Positions 27,249-37,223 of a DNA stretch of 64,000 bases are shown piece after piece. The notes below the pieces were generated by a model. It was given only the letters and a program-made list of their open reading frames with translations, made no database searches and was not told where the DNA came from. Numbering within the stretch: the first letter of the stretch is position 1; each line of letters opens with the position of its first letter. Source of the DNA: a virus (taxonomy: Duplodnaviria; Caudoviricetes); the IMG/VR virus record IMGVR_UViG_3300010149_000008, one strand, 5' to 3'. Made by a program: the position numbers and the translations under genes.

Positions 27249-27575
27249 CTAGTCACTTTGCTTTAAGTCATCTAAACATGTAATACTAAAGCATTTTTCG
27301 TTTTTGTAAACGCTTAAGCAATAAGTGTCGTTGTTTTTATCAATCCATAAGATCATTCCAGCTAAAAATCTTGGCATGCCAAAGTTTTTCGTATATTCAT
27401 CTATCATATTATTTACTTCTGTAAGGCTTAAATTCTTAAATAAGTTACTAGTGCCTAAATTGTTTTTACCTCTAACTATGTCAGAAGTAAAGTCTATGTC
27501 ATAGATGTTGTTCATTCTAATGTCACATGCTCCAATAAGTTTCTGAACTGGGTGAACAGTAATAAGGTAAATCAT
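27249..27575 (-). CDS. Hypothetical protein
   Basis: Start uncertain. Confidence 0.5.
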   Translation of the reverse strand: MIYLITVHPVQKLIGACDIRMNNIYDIDFTSDIVRGKNNLGTSNLFKNLSLTEVNNMIDEYTKNFGMPRFLAGMILWIDKNNDTYCLSVYKNEKCFSITCLDDLKQSD

Positions 27576-27834
27576 ATCTTTCTTGGTATTCTTTTCCAGA
27601 CATTAAGTTCTTTTTTGTCACATAAGTCTCATGAATTTCTGTAACAAACTTTAAACGTTCTGGATAACCAGTTCTACAAAGTTCTTCAAGCTCTTCTCGA
27701 GTCTTGCCTTCATAGTCTTGTTTTAAAACAAATCTTAATCCGGGCTTGTTGTTTCCCCATCTAACAGACTCAGAACGATTAGTAATACGCTTGTCTTTTT
27801 TGTAGACTTCAACAGTAAGATTTTTGTTACTCAT
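27523..27834 (-). CDS. Conserved phage hypothetical protein
   Basis: VEVYKKDKR...YCSPSSETYWSM C-terminal motif recalled from phage proteins. Confidence 0.65.
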   Translation of the reverse strand: MSNKNLTVEVYKKDKRITNRSESVRWGNNKPGLRFVLKQDYEGKTREELEELCRTGYPERLKFVTEIHETYVTKKNLMSGKEYQERYDLPYYCSPSSETYWSM

Positions 27835-27903
27835 TATATTTTCCTTATAAATGTTTGTTTTGTATACATCTTTTGTTTTATTATAACTATAAGTTTATAT
27901 AAA

Positions 27904-28356
27904 TTACATGCACTCAGTCCAATGCTCTCCTGTTTCCTCTCCCCAGAAATTTCTAGGTGCAAGTAGTTGTCCGCTACTATTGTAATCTGCTCTACACTTA
28001 CTACAAGTATTCGTAAAGCTGCCTAAACTCAACCATACATCACAACACTTAATTTGTGCTGATACTCTGTAAGAAAATTCGTTTTCATAATAACCTAACT
28101 TGTAATCTCCACTCTCTAACACCTCAAGATAATTCTGATAACCTAAATCGTTCTCTTCTTTCCACTTGCCTAAACCCATATCTTTAAAAAGCTGCTTGCG
28201 AGAAGCAACATAAGATTTATGAAAAACATCAACACTTTCAGAATAATCATCTCCATGCACCTCAAAGTTACAGATACCTTCGAAATCATGACTCATGTAA
28301 GTTGTTCTCTGATAACTCGTCTTTGTATGTGCAGGTATAAAATTATCGTTGCGCAT
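27904..28356 (-). CDS. Hypothetical protein with C-terminal Cys cluster
   Basis: KCC...TCSKCRADYNSSGQLLAPR..WGEETGE. Confidence 0.65.
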   Translation of the reverse strand: MRNDNFIPAHTKTSYQRTTYMSHDFEGICNFEVHGDDYSESVDVFHKSYVASRKQLFKDMGLGKWKEENDLGYQNYLEVLESGDYKLGYYENEFSYRVSAQIKCCDVWLSLGSFTNTCSKCRADYNSSGQLLAPRNFWGEETGEHWTECM

Positions 28357-28422
28357 TTTATTATCCTTTTGAATGAATGATTGTTTTACCTTATAATATA
28401 TTACAAAAGCTTCTTGATCTGT

Positions 28423-28662
28423 TTATTCTACACTCGCCCAAATATCTTGCTCAAGATCAAAAGACACATAGCCTTCTTGCAATAACTCATCAAGCGAATT
28501 AAAAACATGAGACTTGTTAATCTGAGCATGTTCTTCAGAGTCTTTCTTATTAAAAACTTTATCACATATTTCGCTTAGAGATATACCTTTTACTCCACCA
28601 GAGTTGATAGCATTAAATACTCTATTTTTAATCTCTTCTTTCATATTATTTAAAATTGCCAT
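28423..28662 (-). CDS. Small winged-HTH-like protein
   Basis: GISLSEIC...HVFNSLDELLQEGYV. Confidence 0.55.
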   Translation of the reverse strand: MAILNNMKEEIKNRVFNAINSGGVKGISLSEICDKVFNKKDSEEHAQINKSHVFNSLDELLQEGYVSFDLEQDIWASVE

Positions 28663-28746
28663 AATAAAAATCCTTTTTGTAAATGTTAATGCCTTATGGT
28701 ATATTATAATATGATATTAATCTAATTTACACGATGAGAGTTAATC

Positions 28747-29127
28747 CTATGATTTAATATCTCGAGCTTTAAACCAGTTTTGCAAAGTAAAGACATGTTG
28801 TTCCATACTTGATACAAGGTCTTCTCGTTCATAAGCAAGTTCAGTATCAATTACATATTCTACTTTATGAGTACATAGAATAGCTTTTAGAGCTGCTTGT
28901 CCTTCTTCCCAATATTCACCCATATGAAATGGAATGTTGTTAACTGAAGATGGCCAGCATTCTTCATTAAACATCTCTTTAGCTTCAGCAAGATCTTGTG
29001 GACCACTGCCTGCTTCTGTTACAAGAACAACATCACCACTTTCGTAGTTGATATGACCTATACCAGATGGAATTGATCGATAGTCAACTCTAAAATATGT
29101 AGAACTTAGTAGACGCTTAATAATCAT
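28747..29127 (-). CDS. Hypothetical protein
   Basis: AAGGA RBS. Confidence 0.65.
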   Translation of the reverse strand: MIIKRLLSSTYFRVDYRSIPSGIGHINYESGDVVLVTEAGSGPQDLAEAKEMFNEECWPSSVNNIPFHMGEYWEEGQAALKAILCTHKVEYVIDTELAYEREDLVSSMEQHVFTLQNWFKARDIKS

Positions 29128-29184
29128 TTAAAATCCTTTGCTTGTTGCTGTTGATGATGTATTTTAATATAAAGTTAATCTTAC

Positions 29185-29469
29185 TTACACGTTACTTAGT
29201 TCTCTCCAGACCCAACCAAATCTATTACTAAGATCTTCAATGTCTTCTCCTAAAAACAATTCAACACCACTGTTGTTAGGATATACTATAAACTTTATGC
29301 TGCTAATAGCTCTATAACTATTCAGCATATCAATCTCACGCATTAAAGTATCAGCTATTAGCGAGGCAAAGAAATAGTTTGATGATTTGTTTCTATTTGT
29401 TTTTACTTCTAATAACTTTTCTTTAAACTCTTCAACTGAAGAGACACTAAACAGTATATCCTTAATCAT
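29185..29469 (-). CDS. Hypothetical protein
   Basis: Co-oriented ORF. Confidence 0.55.
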   Translation of the reverse strand: MIKDILFSVSSVEEFKEKLLEVKTNRNKSSNYFFASLIADTLMREIDMLNSYRAISSIKFIVYPNNSGVELFLGEDIEDLSNRFGWVWRELSNV

Positions 29470-29523
29470 GTCTTTACTCTTTACTCATTTAATCTTAATT
29501 TAAACGAATTCATATTAAATTAA

Positions 29524-29904
29524 TTAGAATACGCTAGCATTTCCATTCATAACCCATTCACAGACTATTTCTTCTCCCATTTGACCACCGTACTCATTAA
29601 AGAAGTTTCGTGCAATCTGTTTTCCCTCTTCTAAGTTAATAGGAGCTCGAGCCATTTCAGACCCATTGTATACTGTAAGATTACCATACTCAGCGTTATC
29701 TGTGACAACGAAGTCTAGACCCGGAATATAATAACGATCGTAGTTGTCGTAGCAAAAGTAACGTTTTGAATTACCAGAGTTGTGCGAACCAATATAGAGA
29801 GTGTCGTCTGATTCGACTTGAGTACTTGGTGAGTTCTTTACTGTTTCAATAAGATCATTCCACTGTGTTAAAGTAATTTGATTATTTGTTGCTTCACCAT
29901 TCAT
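29524..29904 (-). CDS. Hypothetical protein
   Basis: AAAGGA RBS, promoter 29947-29977. Confidence 0.7.
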   Translation of the reverse strand: MNGEATNNQITLTQWNDLIETVKNSPSTQVESDDTLYIGSHNSGNSKRYFCYDNYDRYYIPGLDFVVTDNAEYGNLTVYNGSEMARAPINLEEGKQIARNFFNEYGGQMGEEIVCEWVMNGNASVF

Positions 29905-29978
29905 AAATTAATTCCTTTTGTACATTATATGATGCGTTGATATATTATTATAATAAATTAATAAACAAATATACACGC

Positions 29979-30293
29979 TTAATTAACTTCTTTAATCTTG
30001 CCTTCTATATTAACTCTTAACTTGTCGTTAGTATAACATCCCATGCTGTTCTCATGATAAATACCTTCTAAATCTCTAAATCTATATACACCACTTCTTG
30101 ATCCATAACTATTTCTCCAAGACTTACTACTAACTACATGTCTCATAACATGTCCTAAAGGATGCTTGCAAAAGATTACATAGTTAATAAACTCTTCTTC
30201 TTCCACTTCTTCAACATTAGAATCAGAATGATTGCATGCAGCTGTAAATAATAACATCAAAATAATAAAAACCTTACTCATCAAATACTCCAA
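29979..30293 (-). CDS. Putative lipoprotein
   Basis: MSKVFIILMLLFTAAC lipobox-like. Confidence 0.6.
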   Translation of the reverse strand: MEYLMSKVFIILMLLFTAACNHSDSNVEEVEEEEFINYVIFCKHPLGHVMRHVVSSKSWRNSYGSRSGVYRFRDLEGIYHENSMGCYTNDKLRVNIEGKIKEVN

Positions 30294-30307
30294 TCAGATT
30301 AGATACA

Positions 30308-30595
30308 CTATTTTAAACTACTAACACCATAATCCACAGATAACTTTTGCAAGTCATACTCGAGTCTATGCAAACCTAAACCATTAGAAGTCTCCATGAA
30401 AAGCTTAAGCAATCCTGCAACAGCAAAATCATTTGCTTGAACATCATCATATCCATCCTCTTCAGAATTATTCACTATCTGCATAACTACATCAGATAAC
30501 AAATCTTTAGACACTTCAATATGCTCATGTCCAGCATAAAGCCCTAATGCTCTATCTCCAACTTCATTGCTATATCTCATACTAAAACCTTTCAA
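30308..30595 (-). CDS. Hypothetical protein
   Basis: Co-oriented ORF. Confidence 0.55.
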   Translation of the reverse strand: MKGFSMRYSNEVGDRALGLYAGHEHIEVSKDLLSDVVMQIVNNSEEDGYDDVQANDFAVAGLLKLFMETSNGLGLHRLEYDLQKLSVDYGVSSLK

Positions 30596-30626
30596 AAGCT
30601 GTTAAAATAAAAATATATAAATTACT

Positions 30627-30851
30627 CTACTTCATCATCCTCTTAAGCTCATAATACTCGCTGTTAAACATACTATGCAAACTACACTTACCTAACTTCA
30701 ACCTATCACCAGGCTCCATCTTACCCACATACGTAGTCAATCCTCCACTCTCACAAACTGTTACCTTAACTTCATTATTCAAGTCTAACCAAACTAAAAA
30801 CACAACCAATAACAAAAAACATACTATACTAAATTTCTCGCTAAACATCAT
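30627..30851 (-). CDS. Small membrane-anchored protein
   Basis: N-terminal TM segment. Confidence 0.55.
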   Translation of the reverse strand: MMFSEKFSIVCFLLLVVFLVWLDLNNEVKVTVCESGGLTTYVGKMEPGDRLKLGKCSLHSMFNSEYYELKRMMK

Positions 30852-31352
30852 AATCTAATCTCCAATCATAAATAATTAAAATAACTAAATACACCTAACT
30901 CTCTCATTATAAACAAATATATGTCTACTTAACACGCACTCAATTCAAATCTCATATCCCTTCAATCCACAATATCAACGCTAAAAAACTAAACGTCACT
31001 AACATCACTTCTAAAAACTCATACATCACCTCATCTCAACCAGTAATGTAACTCTTCAAAACTCCTCAACTCAGGCTCAATACTTCCACTCATATCTCTT
31101 TATAACCCTTCTTCTTTATTACCACCTGTCAACAACAAGTGGCTGTATTTAATCTCTGTTAACGTTAATATATAAACACAACAGTTAATACATAAACGAC
31201 GTAAAATGTAAAACAGAATAAACCAGAGAATAACTGCAATATAATCTGACTAGCACACGGGACTTAGCTCTAGACACACTCTGATTTGATTAGACTTTTA
31301 TATATAAAATGACTGGGCGACGCGTGAGAGCGTGCGATGTCATGGCGGTGTG

Positions 31353-31628
31353 TCAGTGATGTGTTTTGTGGTATTCTTCGAAGTCGTAGTTTACGTTTTC
31401 AAAGCTTTCTTGAACGTGTACAGACTTTCCGCTATCGAAGTGTACCCAGCAGCTTTCATTGCTTGTTTCTGAATTGTTATTTTGTGTTTGTGGTGAAACA
31501 TGTTCGATAACGTGAGAGACGCTAGCCATTGATACTGTCATTCTGCTGCCGCTATTAACTGTGACGTATGAAGTAAGTGATGTCATATGTATAATCCTTT
31601 GATATGTATGTTTTGTTGTTTTGTACAA
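31353..31628 (-). CDS. Hypothetical protein
   Basis: Likely start MTSLTSY after AAAGGA. Confidence 0.6.
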   Translation of the reverse strand: MYKTTKHTYQRIIHMTSLTSYVTVNSGSRMTVSMASVSHVIEHVSPQTQNNNSETSNESCWVHFDSGKSVHVQESFENVNYDFEEYHKTHH

Positions 31629-31657
31629 ATAAGTTTTGTTTGTTATAGTATAATAGA

Positions 31658-31918
31658 TTAAAGAGATAGAAAAGATGTATTAGCTGTTTCTACAGTTTCG
31701 TTTGTTTCATTATCGATGACCGTCATTTCTATCTGTTTGTTTTCCAAGTCCCATCTTAAACAGTTGTGTTCGTCTGTTATAGGTGAAGTAAGTTCGCATA
31801 ACAAGTCAATTTTTTTATTAACAGCTTCTTTATTAACCCTAGGGTAATATTCAGTTTTAGGAAGTTGTTTTTTGTTTGCCGGTAATGAAGTGTGTATGAT
31901 GTATACTCTGTATTGCAT
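31658..31918 (-). CDS. Hypothetical protein
   Basis: Promoter 31961-31991. Confidence 0.6.
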   Translation of the reverse strand: MQYRVYIIHTSLPANKKQLPKTEYYPRVNKEAVNKKIDLLCELTSPITDEHNCLRWDLENKQIEMTVIDNETNETVETANTSFLSL

Positions 31919-32276
31919 ATAGTTAATATTCTTTTTGTAGATTTGTTTGAATGATGTTATATTATATAATGATGATTAAACAATGTGCACGTATTGTGCG
32001 AGGACGAAGCTGGAGGTGGCTGAGCCGAATAAGCTATTAGCCGGGCTCGGAGTGAGCATTGTGAATGTGTGCACTGAGAAGAAAAGCTGCTTTCTCGTTG
32101 TGGAGGTACAATAGAGCGTTTATTATTTTGTTTGCGCTCATACATAGCAAGCTTATAAAAGAATTCTTTTGCGTCACAGTTTAAAGAAAAAAGGTTCATT
32201 ATAATCTCTTTTAGCTAATATTACACGCCGCGCGACGACGCGAAAGGTTAGAAACACGGTTAACGTTGGCATAGTG

Positions 32277-32305
32277 AAGCAGCTCAGTTCGCGATAGAGC
32301 TGCTT
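32277..32305. other. Stable hairpin (terminator or RNase III-type site)
   Basis: AAGCAGCTC-N11-GAGCTGCTT 9-bp stem downstream of 32333 gene; no clear U-tract. Confidence 0.5.
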
Positions 32306-32332
32306 GATTACTGCTTTTTGCGGGGGCTGGAG

Positions 32333-32680
32333 TCAATTATTGTTTAGATACATATTGCTGAACTTTATCTGCATCTCTGTAGGGACATCGTACGAGTCTT
32401 TACTGACTGCGAGCGGGATATCGCCGAACGTGTCGAAAGCTTGGATGACTGATAAGACTGTTGCGACATTGGGGATAACGCGCGTTCCGTCTTTAAGATA
32501 GTGAGGAATGATAAAGCGATAATGTTGAGCACGTTCTATGATGTTATCTTTTTTAGAAGCTGATAGACCTTGTGGTATTGACCACGTTGCGAAGTCAGAC
32601 ATAGATATATCCTTTGTGTGTTGGTATGTATAGCCTAGAGAGTATATTATACTTCTAGGTAGTGTCACTGTGCACGTCAC
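32333..32680 (-). CDS. Hypothetical protein (likely start near 32602, MSDFAT)
   Basis: AAAGGA RBS before MSDF; the track start lies inside promoter 32646-32676. Confidence 0.55.
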   Translation of the reverse strand: MTCTVTLPRSIIYSLGYTYQHTKDISMSDFATWSIPQGLSASKKDNIIERAQHYRFIIPHYLKDGTRVIPNVATVLSVIQAFDTFGDIPLAVSKDSYDVPTEMQIKFSNMYLNNN

Positions 32681-32747
32681 GTGACGACGCAGCGGGTGGT
32701 AGTTATGCCGGGAAGATGAGTTATATTAAAGGCCGTAGCCTTAAGAC

Positions 32748-33722
32748 TTAGCTGTTAGCGAAGATGTCTTCATCCATGTCTTCGATATCAAAGTCGTTTA
32801 AGTCATCGGCAAGATCTTCAAGAGTTAATACTTCTTCAGTTTCGGTCGCGACGTCTTCAGTTGTTTGATCAGCTTCAGCTTCTGTTTCTTTTGCTTCAGG
32901 CTTCGCGATGACTTCTAGCTTTTTTGAGTGAGGAGTCCCATCTAGAGTTTCGATAACATTTTCTAGGTCAGCTGTTGGGATATAATGTAGATGTTTCGGG
33001 TGATCATCAGTTGCGCCGTTAATGCGAACTTCAAATGCAGCGGATTGAACTCCATTATCTAGACGAGGGCCTGAAAATCTGATCCATGCATAACCAGCTT
33101 CTTTAATGAATGCTCTGTAATTAGATGTATCTGAGTTTTCTTCATCAAACTTATTTAGAGTTTCTTCGATATCGCTGATTTGTAGCTTTACCCATTTAGC
33201 TCCGCGTCCTCCGAACTGAGCTTTGAGGACTGATCGCCAATCTGTACCATCAGCTGCCTTAGCTGTTCGACCGCAGAGATGTTTGATATCAGATTTGATT
33301 AGATTATCTAGATGACGTTTGAATTCAGTTACCTTTGGAGATCCGCCGTCTTGAGTGAACTGATTGAAAAGTTGAATGATAAGATCTTGTGAGCTCATGT
33401 TAACCTCATTGTTATTAGGAGTTGAATTAATTGAGTTATCCATGTTATTGTCCTCAGGATTGATTGGTTGGGGTTGTTGAGTTATTGTATCATTGTTGTT
33501 TTCTGTTTTACACGCTTCGATTATTTCCCAGTCATATACCAGCCAACCATGTTCATCACTCAGTGCGTCAGTGATTTGATAGCTGTCAACTGCAGTTGGA
33601 TCTTCGAAGTATTCAGTAAGGTCTACTACGATTGGGATACCGTTTTCTTCAGCAAACTTATCATGTTCCTCAGTGTTATCAGGGTTAGGTAAGTCAAAGT
33701 CCCAGATGATTTGAATATGCAT
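32748..33722 (-). CDS. GRG/AWIR paralogue family copy 3 with extra N-terminal domain and acidic tail
   Basis: GGSPKVTEFKRH, FGGRGAKW, GYAWIRFSGPR, FEVR, GTPHSKKLE; internal RBS+ATG at 33443 and 33398. Confidence 0.8.
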   Translation of the reverse strand: MHIQIIWDFDLPNPDNTEEHDKFAEENGIPIVVDLTEYFEDPTAVDSYQITDALSDEHGWLVYDWEIIEACKTENNNDTITQQPQPINPEDNNMDNSINSTPNNNEVNMSSQDLIIQLFNQFTQDGGSPKVTEFKRHLDNLIKSDIKHLCGRTAKAADGTDWRSVLKAQFGGRGAKWVKLQISDIEETLNKFDEENSDTSNYRAFIKEAGYAWIRFSGPRLDNGVQSAAFEVRINGATDDHPKHLHYIPTADLENVIETLDGTPHSKKLEVIAKPEAKETEAEADQTTEDVATETEEVLTLEDLADDLNDFDIEDMDEDIFANS

Positions 33723-33759
33723 ATTGTATCCTTTATTGGATGAGTGGTGGTGATGGTTT

Positions 33760-33790
33760 ATTATAATATGTGTTTTATCTAAGTTACACG
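33760..33790 (-). promoter_or_regulatory. Early-type promoter with upstream CGACGAC motif
   Basis: CGTGTAA-N18-TATAAT; CGACGACCC at 33800. Confidence 0.75.
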
Positions 33791-34063
33791 CACAAAGTGC
33801 GACGACCCCTAGGGTTGTAACCCCTAATCATTTAAAGTGCTCCTCTTTTAAAGTCATAGATAGCTGAGATTATTGCAAAAACGCCGATGCAAATTGCTCC
33901 TTGAATTGGGTAAGCAAGAATAAACCCAATTGCAAAAGAAATGAAAATATATATTAAGATCGATGCTAAAAGTAATGCCGGCATAATATATGCTCCTTAT
34001 AATGATTGGGTGGGGTAGATGGTTTATTATAATATAGGTATTAACTTACTTACACGCTTAGAG

Positions 34064-34261
34064 TTAGCTATCGTCGAGATGTGCCATAAGATCGTTCATG
34101 TTTGGCTGTTCTTCTTCAACTTCAGAATCGAAGTAAATAATACCTTCGTTTTCTTCAAACTCCATCCCGTCGTTAATTGATCGTTGAATGAATTTGATAG
34201 ACGATAGATTGTTGACCTTAATAGTCATATTGACATTAACAAAGAATGCTTTGTTTTTCAT
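34064..34261 (-). CDS. Hypothetical acidic protein
   Basis: Own promoter 34304-34334. Confidence 0.6.
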   Translation of the reverse strand: MKNKAFFVNVNMTIKVNNLSSIKFIQRSINDGMEFEENEGIIYFDSEVEEEQPNMNDLMAHLDDS

Positions 34262-34294
34262 AATTTAAAGTCCTTATTGGATGAGTGGTTGTGG

Positions 34295-34336
34295 TGATGG
34301 TTTATTATAATATGGATTGTATCTTATTTACACGCT
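34295..34336 (-). repeat. 42-bp promoter cassette, copy 1
   Basis: Identical to 34629-34670. Confidence 0.9.
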
Positions 34337-34343
34337 AAATGAA

Positions 34344-34604
34344 TTAGCCAATAGCTTCCATTTCAGCCATCAATCTTTCTGAACAGATTACTGATCCAGT
34401 AGCTTTAACTGTAGCAACTTCTTCAGGTCCTCCATCTTCCATTTCATACGTTATATAAGCTTCAGTATTGTCATCATTAAAACCCATTGAGCTCCAATAA
34501 CCTGAAAGATTTGAATGTGTTTCAGAAAGAATATCATTAACAGTAAAATAATTTAAGGGTTGAGGTAGGGGAGAAAGTTTTTTATTAGGACTTAAATCTT
34601 CCAT
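34344..34604 (-). CDS. Hypothetical acidic protein
   Basis: Own promoter 34638-34668. Confidence 0.6.
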   Translation of the reverse strand: MEDLSPNKKLSPLPQPLNYFTVNDILSETHSNLSGYWSSMGFNDDNTEAYITYEMEDGGPEEVATVKATGSVICSERLMAEMEAIG

Positions 34605-34628
34605 AATAATTCCTTTAATTAGTGCCGT

Positions 34629-34670
34629 TGATGGTTTATTATAATATGGATTGTATCTTATTTACACGCT
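34629..34670 (-). repeat. 42-bp promoter cassette, copy 2
   Basis: Identical to 34295-34336. Confidence 0.9.
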
Positions 34671-34912
34671 GATAGTTTCTTCTTTATTTTATCTTCGATA
34701 CGCCTGAGATCTTCTAGTTTTCCAGATAAGCCGTTGTTAGCTTGTTCTACAACTTGTGCAACAATAGTCACGTTAAGATATCTTTTCAGATCTGATCTAG
34801 ACATTTTATCAATATTCATATTGTATCCTTTTAGTTGATTGGTTGTTATGTTTTATTATACTACATAGTTAAATGTATTACACGTCGTTTGTTATCTACC
34901 ATTCCATTCTTA

Positions 34913-35257
34913 TTACCTAGACAAATGATATTGAAGATCCTCGAGGGTGGTGTGAAACATCTTAGCCTCTGCAGACATACCTTCTTGCGCAAACTTCCTT
35001 AACACAGCAGACGTAGAACGTGCCATACCAACATAGTCTGTGTAACCAAGAGAGAAGTCTTCGCACTTCCTCACATCGCCGAGGAGTGAAGTCTTTGCTG
35101 AGTGCAAGTCAATCATACCGTTATTAAAGGACATCTCTAACTCAAGATAACCACCGAAGAAAGGCAACTTGACCGTCTTAGACTTGTTGTAGTTACTAAG
35201 CTTCAGGTCATGAAAGAATTGCTGGAGTCGCTTGTCAAAGTCAGGAAAGTTTCTCAT
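34913..35257 (-). CDS. Hypothetical protein
   Basis: Own promoter 35290-35320. Confidence 0.65.
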   Translation of the reverse strand: MRNFPDFDKRLQQFFHDLKLSNYNKSKTVKLPFFGGYLELEMSFNNGMIDLHSAKTSLLGDVRKCEDFSLGYTDYVGMARSTSAVLRKFAQEGMSAEAKMFHTTLEDLQYHLSR

Positions 35258-35700
35258 TTTGAATCCTTGTTGGTTAGTGGTTATGGTTTATTATACACTA
35301 ATAATGAAACTTTATACACGCATCGCGATGAGGTCTGTCGTCGCGACTAGTTCTATATATTATATTATAGATGGTTATATACCACCTACCTTGAACCGAA
35401 GCGGGCACGACGACGCAGGCCTAGACCTAGACAAGTCAGTTATTATTCTCATTATTATTTAAATTGTTAACTGTAATAACTAAAGGTTCTTCGAAAGTAA
35501 TAAACTCTACTTTCGGTTGCGTCTCGTTATTAGCAGCAACAAATGCAAATGTAGAAAGAAGTGCTGAAGCGATTAGTGTCATGATGTCGTATCGATCGAA
35601 CATGTATCTCCTAGTTTACAGATTAATGTATGTTTTATTTGAGTTGTTAGTATGAATGTTATAACTTAGTTGCACAGTAACTCGATAATCGACCCAGGGT

Positions 35701-36225
35701 CTATGTCATCTGAGTAAGATCCTCGTTGCGCGACTTAACATCCTCGAGAAAAGAAAGGATCATCTTCTCATGATCATCGATATGAGATGTATCGAGACCA
35801 CCAGCAGCTTGAACGTCTCTCATCTTATCAAGTCGAATATCGAACCACTTAAAACCATCAAGCAAGATTTGCTTCGGAGCGACGTCAGCTGGCTTGAACT
35901 CCTCACTCATGTCGAATCCGTCACCATTGATGTGATCCCACTTACTGACACCATGATAGTGACCCAAGATATCGTCGTAGTCTGTGCAGTTCGACCATCC
36001 TGAGTTCCAGTAGACGTAGCCATGCTCATTCTTCATGAAATCCTTCGCATCGCTGAAAGCCTTACTAAGCTCAGGATCGAGAGACTCGATGTAGCTGTCG
36101 CGGATGTTTCGGAGCTCTTCTGTCTCGCGGAAACGCTCGCTAAAAGCCTCGATGCTGTTCCACATTTCGTGGTAAGCATTGTGGTTATGCGTGATAGTGT
36201 CTCTAACTTGTTGTCTTGTTGGCAT
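35701..36225 (-). CDS. Hypothetical protein
   Basis: AAAGGA RBS; GC-richer codon usage. Confidence 0.7.
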   Translation of the reverse strand: MPTRQQVRDTITHNHNAYHEMWNSIEAFSERFRETEELRNIRDSYIESLDPELSKAFSDAKDFMKNEHGYVYWNSGWSNCTDYDDILGHYHGVSKWDHINGDGFDMSEEFKPADVAPKQILLDGFKWFDIRLDKMRDVQAAGGLDTSHIDDHEKMILSFLEDVKSRNEDLTQMT

Positions 36226-36276
36226 GCCAGTTTCCTTTAACGTAGGTGTTATGATGATAGGTAAAGTATTTAAACG

Positions 36277-36498
36277 TCAGTCAATAGGCAAACCAAATCT
36301 AGACTTTGCCTTTCGGATATTGTAGTCTAATGTTGATCTAGAAGTTGCGCTTCCTGCGTAAGTTTTAATTTCTGTTCCTTTAACACCCGCGAATATAAGA
36401 AAGCCGCCTTTCTTGTCACTTTCAAACCAAACGCTATGTTGAGGTTTGTTAGCTAAACGTTTACGGAATGGACGTCCTTTTCTTTGTTCGTTGATCAT
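36277..36498 (-). CDS. Hypothetical basic protein
   Basis: AAGGAG RBS, promoter 36538-36568. Confidence 0.65.
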   Translation of the reverse strand: MINEQRKGRPFRKRLANKPQHSVWFESDKKGGFLIFAGVKGTEIKTYAGSATSRSTLDYNIRKAKSRFGLPID

Positions 36499-36593
36499 AA
36501 TGATCTCCTTGTGTTGTTTGTTATGCCTTGTGAATGTATTATACCATGATTAATATCTAGTTTGCACGCATCGGGTCGACGCTGCGGGTAGTA

Positions 36594-37010
36594 TTAACTT
36601 CTGTTCTTGCTGTTTGCAATCCTTACAAGTTGTGCTGAATGTTTGAGTGTAATCTTTCTTGCTCTATCCATTACTGTTCCTCCATTTTGTGCATATCTAC
36701 CAAGAACAGCTGCACATGCGTAATGACTTAAAGACTTCTTGGGGAAAACTTTCATGTTTCTATCATTAAGACCGAGAATCCATCTAGCCATTCTAGTTCC
36801 AGCTTTAGCATCTGCAGCAGAGAAACCTATGCTATTAAGATTATTTGTATTCGCAGTTTTCTGCTCGTCTCTAGTTTGCATCTCGAACAGTCGCACGATG
36901 CCTCTCATCACTGCATCATCATTAGTCATTAATAGCTGATCGATGTCTTCTCGCGTCCATATCTTTATTTTCATTGGAGTGTTCTCTTTGTTTGTTGGTT
37001 TGTTGTTCAA
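36594..37010 (-). CDS. Conserved phage hypothetical protein
   Basis: AVMRGIVRLFEMQTRDEQ...NSIGFSAADA motif recalled from phage proteins. Confidence 0.7.
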   Translation of the reverse strand: MNNKPTNKENTPMKIKIWTREDIDQLLMTNDDAVMRGIVRLFEMQTRDEQKTANTNNLNSIGFSAADAKAGTRMARWILGLNDRNMKVFPKKSLSHYACAAVLGRYAQNGGTVMDRARKITLKHSAQLVRIANSKNRS

Positions 37011-37223
37011 TGAAGTTCTCTATGTTTTATTGATGTTGATGAGTAGTTATTGCGTCGTTAAACGTCGTCATTATTCATTTTGCTTAACTCTTTTTCTTCA
37101 TCCCATGTATACTCGACGTATATATTTCCAATAACAAACCCGAGTGATAATGTAACGATTGAAGCCACGATCATTTGTTCCTCCTTATGTTTTATTATAC
37201 ATTGTCTTTCGTCGTCTTACACG

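Noticed and set aside
31957-32199. 80-aa ORF in the track
   Set aside because: Its ATG overlaps the -10 box of promoter 32198, it has no RBS and it runs through promoter 31961; it is probably non-coding, though a transcript may exist.
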